A DNA stretch of 64,000 nt. Source: an uncultured Actinomycetota bacterium (GTDB lineage Bacteria; Actinomycetota; Actinomycetes; Propionibacteriales; Propionibacteriaceae). Made by a program: the position numbers and the translations under genes. The notes under the pieces are model-generated. The model was given only the letters and a program-made list of their open reading frames with translations, searched no databases and had not been told where the DNA came from. Numbering within the stretch: the first letter of the stretch is position 1; every line of letters begins with the position of its first letter. Positions 9,231-22,088 of the stretch are shown here, one piece after another. Where the stretch lies: positions 566,845-630,844 of the forward strand of contig CAVQKU010000002.1 of NCBI GenBank assembly GCA_963713165.1, given 5' to 3'.

Positions 9231-10178
9231 TCAGCCCCAGGGCGTCGTCGGCGGCGTGCTCGGCCGCGTCAACGCCTGCCGCACGACGAGCAGCACCACC
9301 ACGAGCGAGATCCAGCAGATCGCCACCGACCACCCCGACACGAAGCTCCACCAGGGGTCGCCGACCGTGACCGAGCGGACGAGGCCGACCACCGCGAAGA
9401 AGGCGACGGCTCCGGCGGCGACGCGCAGCGTCATCCGCACGGCGGCCTGCGCGACCCGGGCCCGCATGGAGAGGAACACGGCCACGACGACCATGACCGG
9501 CGCGAGCGGGAAGATCAGCCCGCCCAGGGCCAGGCTGATGCACAGGCCCGGGGTGGCCGCCTCGAAGACCTCGCGGCCGGTCGGGCGGCCGGGCTGGCGG
9601 GAGTCGCCGTACGCGGTGGGCGGCGGGGTGAACCACGCCGGGGTCCCGGGCTGGGGGTAGGGGCCCTGCGCGGCGGCGTGCGGGAAGGGGGACGACGGCG
9701 TCGCCAGGGGCGGCCCCACGGGGACGCCGGGACCGGTCGGCCGGCCCAGCGCGTACGGGGGGGCGGAGGGCTGCGCGTACGGCGGCGCGGGCGGCTGCCC
9801 CGGGGCCGGCTCGAGCAGCGGCCAGGGCGCCCCGGCCGCGGGCAGCGGGGCCCGGGTCCCGGGAGCCGCCTCGGGGGCGGTGAGCGCGGCGCTGCCCAGC
9901 GGGGACGTCGGGGAGCCCCACGACGACTCTGAGGTCAGCGTCGCCGTGACCACGTCGAAGGGCCGGCTGGGGTCGCGCTCGTCGGGCGGCGTGGGCACCA
10001 GGCTCGCCAGCGGGGCGACGGGGGCGGCGGGCTCGTCGAACCGCGGGCGGGCGGCGGGCCGCCCGTCGGCGGGCCGCTGGGGCGGTGGCGCCTGCTCGAG
10101 CGGGGGCAGGGGTGCGTCGGCGAAGTACTGCGGCCGCTCGCGCGGTGCGTACTCCGGTCCGTCCTCCCACGTCGCCAC
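9231..10178 (-). CDS. Hypothetical membrane protein with Pro-rich N-terminus
   Basis: Pro/Ala-rich N-terminus then about 3-4 hydrophobic segments; TAGACT -10 lies 6 nt before the GTG. Confidence 0.7.
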   Translation of the reverse strand: MATWEDGPEYAPRERPQYFADAPLPPLEQAPPPQRPADGRPAARPRFDEPAAPVAPLASLVPTPPDERDPSRPFDVVTATLTSESSWGSPTSPLGSAALTAPEAAPGTRAPLPAAGAPWPLLEPAPGQPPAPPYAQPSAPPYALGRPTGPGVPVGPPLATPSSPFPHAAAQGPYPQPGTPAWFTPPPTAYGDSRQPGRPTGREVFEAATPGLCISLALGGLIFPLAPVMVVVAVFLSMRARVAQAAVRMTLRVAAGAVAFFAVVGLVRSVTVGDPWWSFVSGWSVAICWISLVVVLLVVRQALTRPSTPPTTPWG

Positions 10179-10472
10179 CGCTCGAGTCTAGTGAGCGCGG
10201 GCCGTGTGCAGGGGGTGCGCGGGAGGCGGCGGGCCCGGCGACCCCGTCCGGGCGCCTGGCCGATCCCGGTTGGGCGCGTCGGGCGTTCCCGCTAGGCTTG
10301 GCGAGTTGCCCGGTGCGGCGACCCGCACGTGCCGTGGCGCTGCCCGTAGGGTTCGGCAGCCGGCCCGGCCCTGGCGGCGCACGACCAGCCACGACCAGCA
10401 CGGTCCAGCACCGGACGACGACCACAGCCAAGCTCCACCCGCGGGCCGGGCGCCCGCGGCGCCCCGAGATCA

Positions 10473-10532
10473 TTTCCGACACCACTCTCTTTCCGACACC
10501 GTTCTCTTTCCAACACCGTTCTTTCCAACACC
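10473..10532 (+). repeat. Four copies of TTTCC(G/A)ACACC upstream of csp
   Basis: Copies at 10473, 10490, 10507 and 10522 (spacing 17, 17, 15). Confidence 0.85.
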
Positions 10533-10577
10533 GTTCTCCCGACGAACCCCGGGGAACACGAGCAAGCGAGGTTCGGC

Positions 10578-10961
10578 GTGCCGACTGGCAAGGTCCGTTT
10601 CTACGACGCCGAGAAGGGCTTCGGCTTCCTGACCAAGGACGACGGCGGCGACGTCTACGTGCGCTCCAACGCGCTGCCCGCCGGCGTCACCAGCCTCAAG
10701 GCCGGGCAAAAGGTCGAGTTCGGCATCGTCGAGGGCCGTCGCGGCGAGCAGGCCCTGTCGCTGCGCGTGCTCGAGGCGCCGCCGTCGCTGTCCAAGGCGC
10801 AGCGCAAGCCGACCGAGCAGATGACCATGATCGTCGAGGACCTGATCAAGACCCTCGACGGGGTGGGCAACGGCTACCGCCGCGGGCGCTACCCCGACGC
10901 GCGGACGTCGCAGAAGCTCGCCTCCGTGCTGCGGGCCGTCGCCGACGAGCTGGAGCTCTAG
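10578..10961 (+). CDS. Cold-shock domain protein with C-terminal extension (CspB-type)
   Basis: MPTGKVRFYDAEKGFGFL (RNP1), DVYVRSNAL; actinobacterial C-terminal helix LASVLRAVADEL. Confidence 0.9.
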   Translation: MPTGKVRFYDAEKGFGFLTKDDGGDVYVRSNALPAGVTSLKAGQKVEFGIVEGRRGEQALSLRVLEAPPSLSKAQRKPTEQMTMIVEDLIKTLDGVGNGYRRGRYPDARTSQKLASVLRAVADELEL

Positions 10962-11764
10962 TGCCCGCCGCCGGGACCACGACCCGTACGCCGCGCGCGC
11001 CCAAGCCCGACCAGGCCTGCCTCGACGCCGTCGACCTCGCCCGTGCGGCGGCCGAGGAGACCGCCGGCGTCGTGGGCGTCGGCGAGCACCTGGGCGCGGT
11101 GCCCGAGGCCGAGCGCGTCCTCACCCACGTCTTCGCCTGCACCCACCCCGGCTACACGGGCTGGCACTGGTCGGTGACGGTCGCCCGCGCGTCGCGGGCC
11201 AAGGTCGTCACCGTCGACGAGGTCGTCCTGCTGCCGGGTGACGGTTCGCTGCTGGCACCGCGCTGGGTCCCGTGGGCCGAGCGCGTCGGCCCCGGCGACG
11301 TGACCGCGGGGCTCCTGATGGCCGCGCGCGACGACGACGCCCGGCTCGAGCCGGGCTACACCGGCGGCGAGCACGCCGCCGACACCGACCCGGCCGAGGC
11401 CTCGGCCGCCCGGGTCGTCGTGGCGGAGCTGGGGCTCGGCCGCGAGCGCGTGCTGACCCGGTTCGGGCGCGACGAGGCGACCGAGCGCTGGCTCGCCGGC
11501 CCGCCCGGGCCCGACAACAACCTCACGCGGCAGGCGCCCGACGTCTGCGAGACCTGCGGCTTCTTCACCCGTCTGCAGGGTGGCCTGGGCGTGCTCTTCG
11601 GCGCCTGCACCAACGCGTTCTCGGCCTCCGACGGCCAGGTCGTCAGCGTCGACCACGGCTGCGGCGCGCACTCCGGCGTCGTCGAGGAGGACCACGCCGA
11701 GGAGCTGCCCGCCCCCGCCTGGGAGACCATCGACTGGGAGCAGCCGGGCTCGCTCTTCGACTGA
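10961..11764 (+). CDS. DUF3027-family protein
   Basis: HPGYTGWHWSVTVARA, VTVDEVVLLPG..LLAPRWVPWAERV, CETCGFF and C..DHGCGAHS. Confidence 0.85.
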   Translation: MPAAGTTTRTPRAPKPDQACLDAVDLARAAAEETAGVVGVGEHLGAVPEAERVLTHVFACTHPGYTGWHWSVTVARASRAKVVTVDEVVLLPGDGSLLAPRWVPWAERVGPGDVTAGLLMAARDDDARLEPGYTGGEHAADTDPAEASAARVVVAELGLGRERVLTRFGRDEATERWLAGPPGPDNNLTRQAPDVCETCGFFTRLQGGLGVLFGACTNAFSASDGQVVSVDHGCGAHSGVVEEDHAEELPAPAWETIDWEQPGSLFD

Positions 11765-11849
11765 GGGCGCCCGCGCTCCGCGCACGCCACCGGACGGCGC
11801 CCACGACACTCCACGCGTCACCTCGACGCGGATCGGACAGACTGTGCCC

Positions 11850-12386
11850 ATGACGAACGAGCCGACCGAGGAGCGCGAGGCGGTCGTGCTCCCGCGGGGC
11901 GACGCCGCGGAGCTGCGCCAGGCGGTCGCGACGTTCGTCGAGGCCGGGGCCGACGAGTCCGTCCAGCGCGTGACGACCGCGGTCCACCGGCTGTCGCGCC
12001 GGCTGAACCAGTGGTACGACCGCCAGCTCGTCGACCTCGACATCTCGACCAACGAGTACCTCGTGATCAGCGAGCTGGCCCGCAGCCCTGGCCACGCGCC
12101 GCTGACGCCGTCGCAGCTCGCGGCCGCGACGAACATCGCCCCCTCGTCCATGACCCACCGCCTCGACCGGCTCGTCGAGCGCGGCCTGATCACCCGCGAG
12201 CAGGACCCGGACAACCGCACGCGGGTGCTGATCCGGCTCAGCGACGCGGGCTACGCGCTCTTCGTCGAGGTCATCCGGCAGTCGGACACGCTGGAGTCCG
12301 ACGTGCTCGGCGGGCTCACCGACGAGGAGATCGAGACGATGGCCTCGCTGCTGGAGAAGGTCATCGCCGGGCTCGAGGACATCTAG
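11850..12386 (+). CDS. MarR-family regulator
   Basis: LTPSQLAAATNIAPSSMTHRLDRLVERGLITREQDPDNRTRVLIRLS winged HTH. Confidence 0.88.
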   Translation: MTNEPTEEREAVVLPRGDAAELRQAVATFVEAGADESVQRVTTAVHRLSRRLNQWYDRQLVDLDISTNEYLVISELARSPGHAPLTPSQLAAATNIAPSSMTHRLDRLVERGLITREQDPDNRTRVLIRLSDAGYALFVEVIRQSDTLESDVLGGLTDEEIETMASLLEKVIAGLEDI

Positions 12387-12447
12387 GCCGTCCCGTCCCG
12401 TCCCGACGCGGTCCGCACCCGCCCGGACCCGGGACGCCCGCCTGGCC

Positions 12448-12927
12448 TCAGAGCGTGGCGGCCGCGACGTCGCGGTGCACGCGGGTCAACCGGTCGAGCT
12501 GGTCGGCGGCCCGGCGCGCCAGCTCGTCGAGGTCGACCGCGGGTGCCGGCGTGCCCGCGACGCGCAGCACCGCCCAGCCGGCCGCCTTGGCGTGCACCGC
12601 GTCGAGCCCCGCCTCGACCTCGACGAGGTCCGAGAGCGGCGAGCGCCGCACGACCCGGCCGTTCGGCTTGAGCCGGCCCACCCGCTCGCCGAGGCGGACG
12701 GCGAACGTCGACCAGGGGTCGGGCGAGACGTCCCAGCCGCGCATCAGCCTGCGCAGCGAGCGCAGGTCCTCGCGCACGTCGACGCTGACCGTACGGAGCT
12801 CTCCGCCCCAGGGCCTGGGGGACTGCGCCCGGGCCGCCCGGGCGAAGAGGTCCGCGCCGCCGCGTGCCGCGGCCTCGTGGTTGCGCAGGTAGATCGCGAG
12901 CATCCGCGACACCCGGGTGCCGCTCAT
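12448..12927 (-). CDS. Conserved hypothetical protein (ferritin-like helical)
   Basis: LAIYLRNHEAAARGGADLF, LGERVGRLKPNG..SPLSDLVEVEAG; GC3-rich codons. Confidence 0.7.
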   Translation of the reverse strand: MSGTRVSRMLAIYLRNHEAAARGGADLFARAARAQSPRPWGGELRTVSVDVREDLRSLRRLMRGWDVSPDPWSTFAVRLGERVGRLKPNGRVVRRSPLSDLVEVEAGLDAVHAKAAGWAVLRVAGTPAPAVDLDELARRAADQLDRLTRVHRDVAAATL

Positions 12928-12992
12928 CGCCGTCGCGCCGCTGCAGGGTCCACGTCCCGGGTGTACCCGTGCACCGACCGCCCAACCGCGAC

Positions 12993-14126
12993 TCAGCCCA
13001 GGCGCAGCCTGGCCTTGGTGTCCGGCAGCTCGACGAAGGTCCGCCCGGCGGCCATCTTGAGCGCCCGGCCGTCCTCGAGCGTGAACCCGAAGGGCTCCGC
13101 GACGCCGGCCTTGCGCCAGGTGCCCGTGACGTACCGGCCGCCGTGGAGGTAGTAGAAGGTGCCCTTCGCGTCCACGATGTCGTGGAACGGCTCGTGGTGC
13201 TCGAAGTGCTGGTGCGCCTTGACCACGAGCACGTTGTCGGTCCACACCCGCTCGCCGTCGGCCAGGACGTGCGGCCCCCAGGGCATGCTGCGCAGGTAGC
13301 GCCCGGACTTCTTGTCGTAGGTGTAGCCCATGAGGTAGCCATCGCCCTTGTAGGGGACCCCGAGCGTGCGGGCGCGCCTGCCCTGCACGGTGCTCACCTC
13401 CTTGCGGCTCGAGGCGATCGGGAAGTAGACGCGCGGCGGGCCGTCGCGGAACCGCTTGGTCTGCCTGGCCAGGACCTTCGGGTGGCAGGTCGTGGCGCGG
13501 TCGTAGTACGTCTGGCCCTGGTACTGGTACACCCGCGACTGGTCGGTCCCGTAGGAGCCGGTGCCCCGGGTGGCGAGGTAGGAGAGCATCGCCTCGAGGT
13601 GGCGGCGGTGCTTCTTGACGTAGGCGATGGTCCACCGCGCGGCGCCGGTGTTGCCGATGATGGCGTCCATCGGGCTGAGCAGCGCGACGTCGACCGGCCG
13701 GATGGAGCGGACCGGCTCGACGGTGTCGGGCATCGCGGAGTGGAACACGGGCACGAGCCGGGTCGAGCTGTAGCCGTCGGCGTCGAGGTAGCCCTCGAGC
13801 TGGACGAAGACGATGTCGGCGTCGTTGATGCCGCGCTGCGGGTGCTCCTGGCGGTTGTCGGGCACCTTGACCGCGACGGCGGCGTGGCGCGCGTCCGCCC
13901 TGTCCTTGAGGAGCTCGCCGGTGAGCGGCCAGCGCGGGCGCGTGTCGACCGGGACGGCCGGGGTCGGCGTCGGGGTCGGCGTGGGCGCGCTCGTGGTGGC
14001 CGGACCCGCCGCCGCGGGAGCGGGGGCGGGCTCGTCGGAGCAGGCCGCGAGCGTGGCGGCCAGCGCGCCGGCCACCAGCGCGCGCCGGCTGACCTGCGCC
14101 GTGCCGTACCCGTCCGTGCGGTCCAT
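12993..14126 (-). CDS. DUF3048-family lipoprotein, probable Tat export
   Basis: SRRALV twin-arginine plus LAAC lipobox; WPLTGE, VKVPDN..PQRGINDADIV, EPVRSIR. Confidence 0.8.
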   Translation of the reverse strand: MDRTDGYGTAQVSRRALVAGALAATLAACSDEPAPAPAAAGPATTSAPTPTPTPTPAVPVDTRPRWPLTGELLKDRADARHAAVAVKVPDNRQEHPQRGINDADIVFVQLEGYLDADGYSSTRLVPVFHSAMPDTVEPVRSIRPVDVALLSPMDAIIGNTGAARWTIAYVKKHRRHLEAMLSYLATRGTGSYGTDQSRVYQYQGQTYYDRATTCHPKVLARQTKRFRDGPPRVYFPIASSRKEVSTVQGRRARTLGVPYKGDGYLMGYTYDKKSGRYLRSMPWGPHVLADGERVWTDNVLVVKAHQHFEHHEPFHDIVDAKGTFYYLHGGRYVTGTWRKAGVAEPFGFTLEDGRALKMAAGRTFVELPDTKARLRLG

Positions 14127-14262
14127 GCCCCGTCCTCTCCCGCCGTCGCCGGAACCCGGCGGGCACATCGTACGGAGCCCGGCCGCCGGGACCGCCCATC
14201 TCGACCGCGACACCCGCCGGTCCGCCGGTCCGCCCCGCCAGCGGGCGGCGCCGGAGAGATGC

Positions 14263-14298
14263 TTAGCCCTTGTATTTAACAATGCTAAAGAGTACGGT
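14263..14298 (+). promoter_or_regulatory. Primary-sigma promoter with overlapping imperfect palindrome (probable MarR operator)
   Basis: TTGTAT(14270)-N17-TACGGT(14293)-N7-ATG; TTAGC...GCTAA and TTGT...ACAA symmetry at 14263-14288. Confidence 0.65.
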
Positions 14299-14305
14299 GG
14301 CCCGC

Positions 14306-14770
14306 ATGAGCACCCCGACGATCACGCGGAGCGCCCGCAGCGACCTGCGGAGCGTCGCCGGGCTGTCCGACGCGCTGCGCCCGGCGGTCATGCAGCTCGC
14401 CCGCCGGCTGCGCCAGGTGCGCGCCGACGCCGTCGAGCTGACACCGACGCAGCTGTCCGCGATGGGCGTGCTGGCGCGCAACGACGACCAGCCGATCGGC
14501 GCGCTCGCCGCCGCCGAGAAGGTCGCCGCGCCGTCGATGACGCGGACCGTCAACGCGCTGGAGGAGCGCGGGCTCGTGACGCGTGCGCCCGACCCGGCCG
14601 ACCGCCGCCAGTCGCGCGTCTCGCTGACCCCGGCCGGGCGCGAGCTGCTGGCGGCCAACCGCCGGCGCCGCAGCGAGTGGCTCGCCCAGCGCATCGCCGA
14701 GCTCGACGCCCAGGACAGGGAGGTGCTCCGCCGCGCGGTGGGCATCTTCGAGAGGATCACCGACCGGTGA
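14306..14770 (+). CDS. MarR-family regulator
   Basis: LTPTQLSAMGVL, IGALAAAEKVAAPSMTRTVNALEERGLVTRAPDPADRR. Confidence 0.88.
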   Translation: MSTPTITRSARSDLRSVAGLSDALRPAVMQLARRLRQVRADAVELTPTQLSAMGVLARNDDQPIGALAAAEKVAAPSMTRTVNALEERGLVTRAPDPADRRQSRVSLTPAGRELLAANRRRRSEWLAQRIAELDAQDREVLRRAVGIFERITDR

Positions 14771-16131
14771 GCGCCCCCGCCCGCGTCGACGCCGACAGCG
14801 ACAGCGACGACGCCACCGACGCCCCGAGCGGCCGGGCAGGGCGCTCCGCCGAGGCGCGGGCCGGGGACGCCAGGACGAGCGGCATGTTCGCCGCCCTGGC
14901 CGAGCCCAACTACCGCCTCTACGTCGGGGGCGCCTTCGTCTCCAACATCGGCACGTGGATGCAGCGCGTGGCCCAGGACTGGCTCGTCCTCGAGCTCTCG
15001 CACGGCTCGGCCCTGGCCGTGGGTGTGACGACCGGGCTGCAGTTCCTGCCGATGCTGCTCCTCTCGCCGTACGGCGGGCTGATCGCCGACCGCTTCGACA
15101 AGCGGCGGATCCTGCGGATCACCCAGGCCTGGCTCGCCGTCTGCGCCGCCGTCCTGGGCGTCCTCGCCGTCACCGGGGTCGCGCAGACCTGGCACGTCTT
15201 CGTCGTCGCGCTCGCCTTCGGGCTGGGCACCGCCTTCGACAACCCGGCCCGGCAGGCCTTCGTCTCCGAGGTCGCGGGCAAGGTGCACATCGCCAACGCG
15301 ATCGGGCTCAACTCCGCGAACTTCAACGTCGGCCGCATCATCGGCCCGGCCCTCGCCGGTCTGGTCATCGCCGCGTTCGGCTCCGGCTGGGCGATCCTGT
15401 CGAACGCCGTCACCTACGGCGCGATGATCCTCGCCCTGAGCCTGATGGACGCGCGGCTGCTGAACCGCGCCGAGCGCCCGCCGCGGGCCGAGCACCAGGT
15501 CCGCGAGGGCATGTCGTACGTGTGGCACCGCACCGACCTGCTGCTCATCCTCTGCGTCGCGTTCTTCGTGGGCACGTTCGGCATGAACTTCCAGATGACC
15601 TCGGCGCTGATGGCCCAGCAGCAGTTCCACAAGGGGCCCGCGGAGTACGGGATGCTCGGCACGGTCATGGCGGTGGGCTCGCTGACCGGCGCCCTGCTCG
15701 CGGCCAGGCGCCGGGTCCGCCCGCGCGGCCGGTTCGTGGTCGTCATGGCGCTGGCCTTCGCGGCCGTCGAGATCGTGGCCGGGCTGATGCCGACGTACGC
15801 GACGTACGCCGCGATCCTGCCCCTGCTCGGCCTCGCCGCCCTCTCCACGCTGACGGCGGCGAACGCCTCCGTGCAGCTCGGCGCCGCGCCGCACCTGCGC
15901 GGCCGCGTCATGGCGCTCTACATGATGGTGCTGATGGGCGGCACCCCGATCGGGGCGCCGCTGCTCGGCTGGGTCGGCGAGGTCCTCGGCCCGCGCTGGA
16001 CCCTCATCGGCGGTGGCGCCCTCACCGCCCTCGGCGTCCTGGGCACCGTCGCGTTCGTCCTGCACCGCGAGCACCTGCGCATCCGGCCGCACCTGCGCTC
16101 CCGCCCGCTGCTCGAGGTCCATCCCCGCTGA
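14767..16131 (+). CDS. MFS transporter (MFS_3/DUF894-like)
   Basis: About 12 hydrophobic segments; SNIGTWMQRVAQDWLV, GGLIADRFDKRRIL, FDNPARQAFV; GTGA overlap with marR. Confidence 0.9.
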   Translation: MSAPARVDADSDSDDATDAPSGRAGRSAEARAGDARTSGMFAALAEPNYRLYVGGAFVSNIGTWMQRVAQDWLVLELSHGSALAVGVTTGLQFLPMLLLSPYGGLIADRFDKRRILRITQAWLAVCAAVLGVLAVTGVAQTWHVFVVALAFGLGTAFDNPARQAFVSEVAGKVHIANAIGLNSANFNVGRIIGPALAGLVIAAFGSGWAILSNAVTYGAMILALSLMDARLLNRAERPPRAEHQVREGMSYVWHRTDLLLILCVAFFVGTFGMNFQMTSALMAQQQFHKGPAEYGMLGTVMAVGSLTGALLAARRRVRPRGRFVVVMALAFAAVEIVAGLMPTYATYAAILPLLGLAALSTLTAANASVQLGAAPHLRGRVMALYMMVLMGGTPIGAPLLGWVGEVLGPRWTLIGGGALTALGVLGTVAFVLHREHLRIRPHLRSRPLLEVHPR

Positions 16132-16468
16132 GCACCGGTCCCTGCGCCGGTCGGCGTGCACGGTCGTCGTCCGGGCCCTCGCGGGGGTCGCCCCCGAGCG
16201 CCTCGCCGACCTGACCGTCAGCGCCTGCGTCCGCCGCTCCGATCGACCCACCTGCTCCGCCCGACCCACCTGCTCCGCCCGACCCGCCCAGCGACGGGTG
16301 CTCCCACGAGCCCTTGACGGGGCGGGGCCCGGCGGGAGCCCCCGGGCGGATGGTGGCGAAGGCCTCGCTCCGGAGCAGCCGTCCCGGACCCGACGGCAGC
16401 TCGGCGAGCGGGCCGTCACGACGAGACGTGTAGCAGGTCGGTAACACACGGCCCGGTAGGTTGCGGCC

Positions 16469-19876
<3,408 letters not shown>

Positions 19877-19897
19877 GCCGGGGGTCCGCCGCCGACG

Positions 19898-20220
19898 ACG
19901 TTCCTCGGCCTGCTGGCCATCGCCCCCGGGGTGTCCGCGGACGCCTTCGCCGTGGCCCTCGGCACGGGCTGCACCTGGCGACGTCCGACGTCCGCCGCGC
20001 CGTGGCGATCGCGCTGACCATCGGCGGCTCCCAGGCCGTCGTGCCGCTGGGTCGGGTGGGTGCTGGCCAGCCGGTTCGCCCGCTCCAGCACCGACGTCGA
20101 CCACTGGATCGCCTTCGGCCTGCTGCTGCTCATCGGGCTCACGATGGTCTGGGAGGCGGTCCGTGGCGGCGAGGACACCGACGAGGACAGCGACGCGCTC
20201 GGCGTCGGTGAGCTGCTGGA
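19898..20220 (+). pseudogene. mntP: Degenerate manganese efflux pump MntP remnant
   Basis: VSADAFAVALGTG / GLHL..DVRRAVAIAL / DHWIAFGLLLLIG..MVWEA lie in alternating frames (two frameshifts); C-terminal half absent. Confidence 0.75.
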
Positions 20221-20379
20221 CCACACGGGCGTGATCGAGGCCTGCCTGCTCCGAGCTCTCGAGCGGCAGGCTGCAGACGTCACGAACCCGTCCCGGAGCA
20301 CGGGGCGATCGCCTCGTCGGGGGACGGGTGGGTCTTGGGGTGGCCCGGGCGGGGGAGCCTGACGGCGTCCCGGGTGGCG

Positions 20380-20541
20380 TCAGGCCGTACGCGCGTTGGG
20401 CTTGGAGTCGCGCTCCTGCTCCATCTCGCGGCGTACCTTGGCCTCGGCGCGGCGGCGGGCGCGTTCGAAATACCCCTTGGGGTCGGTCAGGATCGCCTCG
20501 ATCCGCCGGTCGTGGTGGTCACCGTCGATCGTCATCGCCAT
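20380..20541 (-). CDS. Small 53-aa basic helical protein
   Basis: GAGGAGG SD before ATG; MAMTIDGDHHDRRIEAILTDPKGYFERARRRAEAKVRREMEQERDSKPNARTA. Confidence 0.6.
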   Translation of the reverse strand: MAMTIDGDHHDRRIEAILTDPKGYFERARRRAEAKVRREMEQERDSKPNARTA

Positions 20542-20660
20542 GTGCGTCACCTCCTCGGTCGCCTCCATTGTCGCACCCGTGTCCAACGTGGGCGAGCACC
20601 CGACGCGTCGTCGCGCCAGGTGCTGCGGCAGAAGCGGACCGGCCCGGTCCGGCGGACCCG

Positions 20661-21428
20661 TCACCGGATGCTCAGCGCCGTGCCGAGCAGCCCGGCCATC
20701 AGCCAGAGCAGGGCCACGTCGTCGTCGTCGAAGGCCCCCGGCTCGAGCGCGTCGAGCGTGATGACGCCGAAGGCGACGTTGCCCACGGTCACGGGCGCCA
20801 CGACCAGGCTCTGGTAGCCGACCGCGTCGTCCAGGCGCCACTGGCCGTCGGCGGCCTCGGCGAGGTCGTCGAGGCGCAACGGGCGGTTGTCGGTCACCAC
20901 GGCGAGCGCCGCGTCGCCACCCGGCGTCCCCGCGGTGAAGACGGTCGTCACGGGCCCGGCCCGCCCGAGCGACTCCTGCGGCTCGAGCCGCTGGGGCGGT
21001 CCCGGGTCGAGCGCGAACCAGCACGCCCGGACGCGGTCCTCGCCGGTCAGCTGTGCCGCGGTCGTCAGCACCAGCGGCACCGCCTGCGCGCGCAGCTGGT
21101 CGCGCGGACCGCGCTTGGTCTCCTGCGCCACCTCGCCGAGGAGCCGGACGATCGGCTCGAGCGCGTCGTTGAGGGCGAGCTTGACCTCCACACGGGTGTC
21201 GAACTCCCGCTCCTCGGCCCGCGACTGGCGCTGCTCGGAGCGGATCTGGCGGACCTGCGGGATGAGGAAGGCGGCGGCCGTGGCGAGCGCCTGGACCGCG
21301 ACCCAGGCCAGCGAGGTGCGGCCCGTGGAGTCGCGGGTGAGCATCGACGCGACCGGTGAGAGCACGACGAAGACCAGCGCGACGGCCACCCAGGGCCACG
21401 CTCTCGGCTCGTCCGTCCTTCTCACCAC
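20661..21428 (-). CDS. 2-TM membrane protein with C-terminal GAF-like domain
   Basis: Two N-terminal hydrophobic helices and a coiled segment; YQSLVVAPVTVGNVAFGVITLDALEPGAFDDDDVALL GAF signature; TAGGGT -10 lies 7 nt before the GTG. Confidence 0.75.
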   Translation of the reverse strand: MVRRTDEPRAWPWVAVALVFVVLSPVASMLTRDSTGRTSLAWVAVQALATAAAFLIPQVRQIRSEQRQSRAEEREFDTRVEVKLALNDALEPIVRLLGEVAQETKRGPRDQLRAQAVPLVLTTAAQLTGEDRVRACWFALDPGPPQRLEPQESLGRAGPVTTVFTAGTPGGDAALAVVTDNRPLRLDDLAEAADGQWRLDDAVGYQSLVVAPVTVGNVAFGVITLDALEPGAFDDDDVALLWLMAGLLGTALSIR

Positions 21429-21480
21429 GTCGTCGACCCTAGGGCCCGGGTCCGACAGTTCGGCCGTCGCTCCAGCCGGC

Positions 21481-22041
21481 TCAGCCCGTCGGGCCGTCGT
21501 CCTCGCGGGCGGTCCAGAAGACCACCACCTCCGTGGCGTCGTCGAGACCGTCGGCGTCGCCGGACAGGCCCGCGAGCGCGGGCACCGAAGCCACCCGGGT
21601 CGTGGTCCAGGTCCCGGCCGCGTGGTCGGCGGACACGGGCAGCGGGAGCCCGAGCGGCCCCAGGTCGTGGGGGCGCGCGGACCGCGTCCGGGCCGAGGCG
21701 AGGGCGAGGCCGGCGACCAGCGCCTCGACCAGGCGCCAGGCGGCCCGCACCCGGCCGGGCGGCACCGGCACGCCATCGAGGAGCCGGTCGAGGTCGGCGG
21801 TCGTGGGCTCGTCCTCGGGCACCACCCGGGTGCCGGGCACGCGGGCGAAGAGCGGACCGAGCGGGTGCGGCGGTGCGGCGGGCGGGAGCACCGGCCGCAC
21901 CAGCCGCAGCACCCGGTCGCGCCCGGCGCGCCCCTCTACCCGTCCGTCGACCCGTCCGTCGACCCGTCCGTCGGCGCGTCCGTCCGCGAGGGCGCCCCGC
22001 AGCGCGCCGAGGGGCAGCGCGTACGCCCGCAGCTCGCCCAC
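21481..22041 (-). CDS. Hypothetical protein
   Basis: TACGGT -10 lies 6 nt before GTG 22041; contains an in-frame 12-bp repeat x3 (DGRV) at 21938-21973. Confidence 0.5.
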   Translation of the reverse strand: MGELRAYALPLGALRGALADGRADGRVDGRVDGRVEGRAGRDRVLRLVRPVLPPAAPPHPLGPLFARVPGTRVVPEDEPTTADLDRLLDGVPVPPGRVRAAWRLVEALVAGLALASARTRSARPHDLGPLGLPLPVSADHAAGTWTTTRVASVPALAGLSGDADGLDDATEVVVFWTAREDDGPTG

Positions 22042-22088
22042 GTGCCCACCGTAGGGCCGGGCACGGCGCCCGCTCCTATCCTCGGTCC

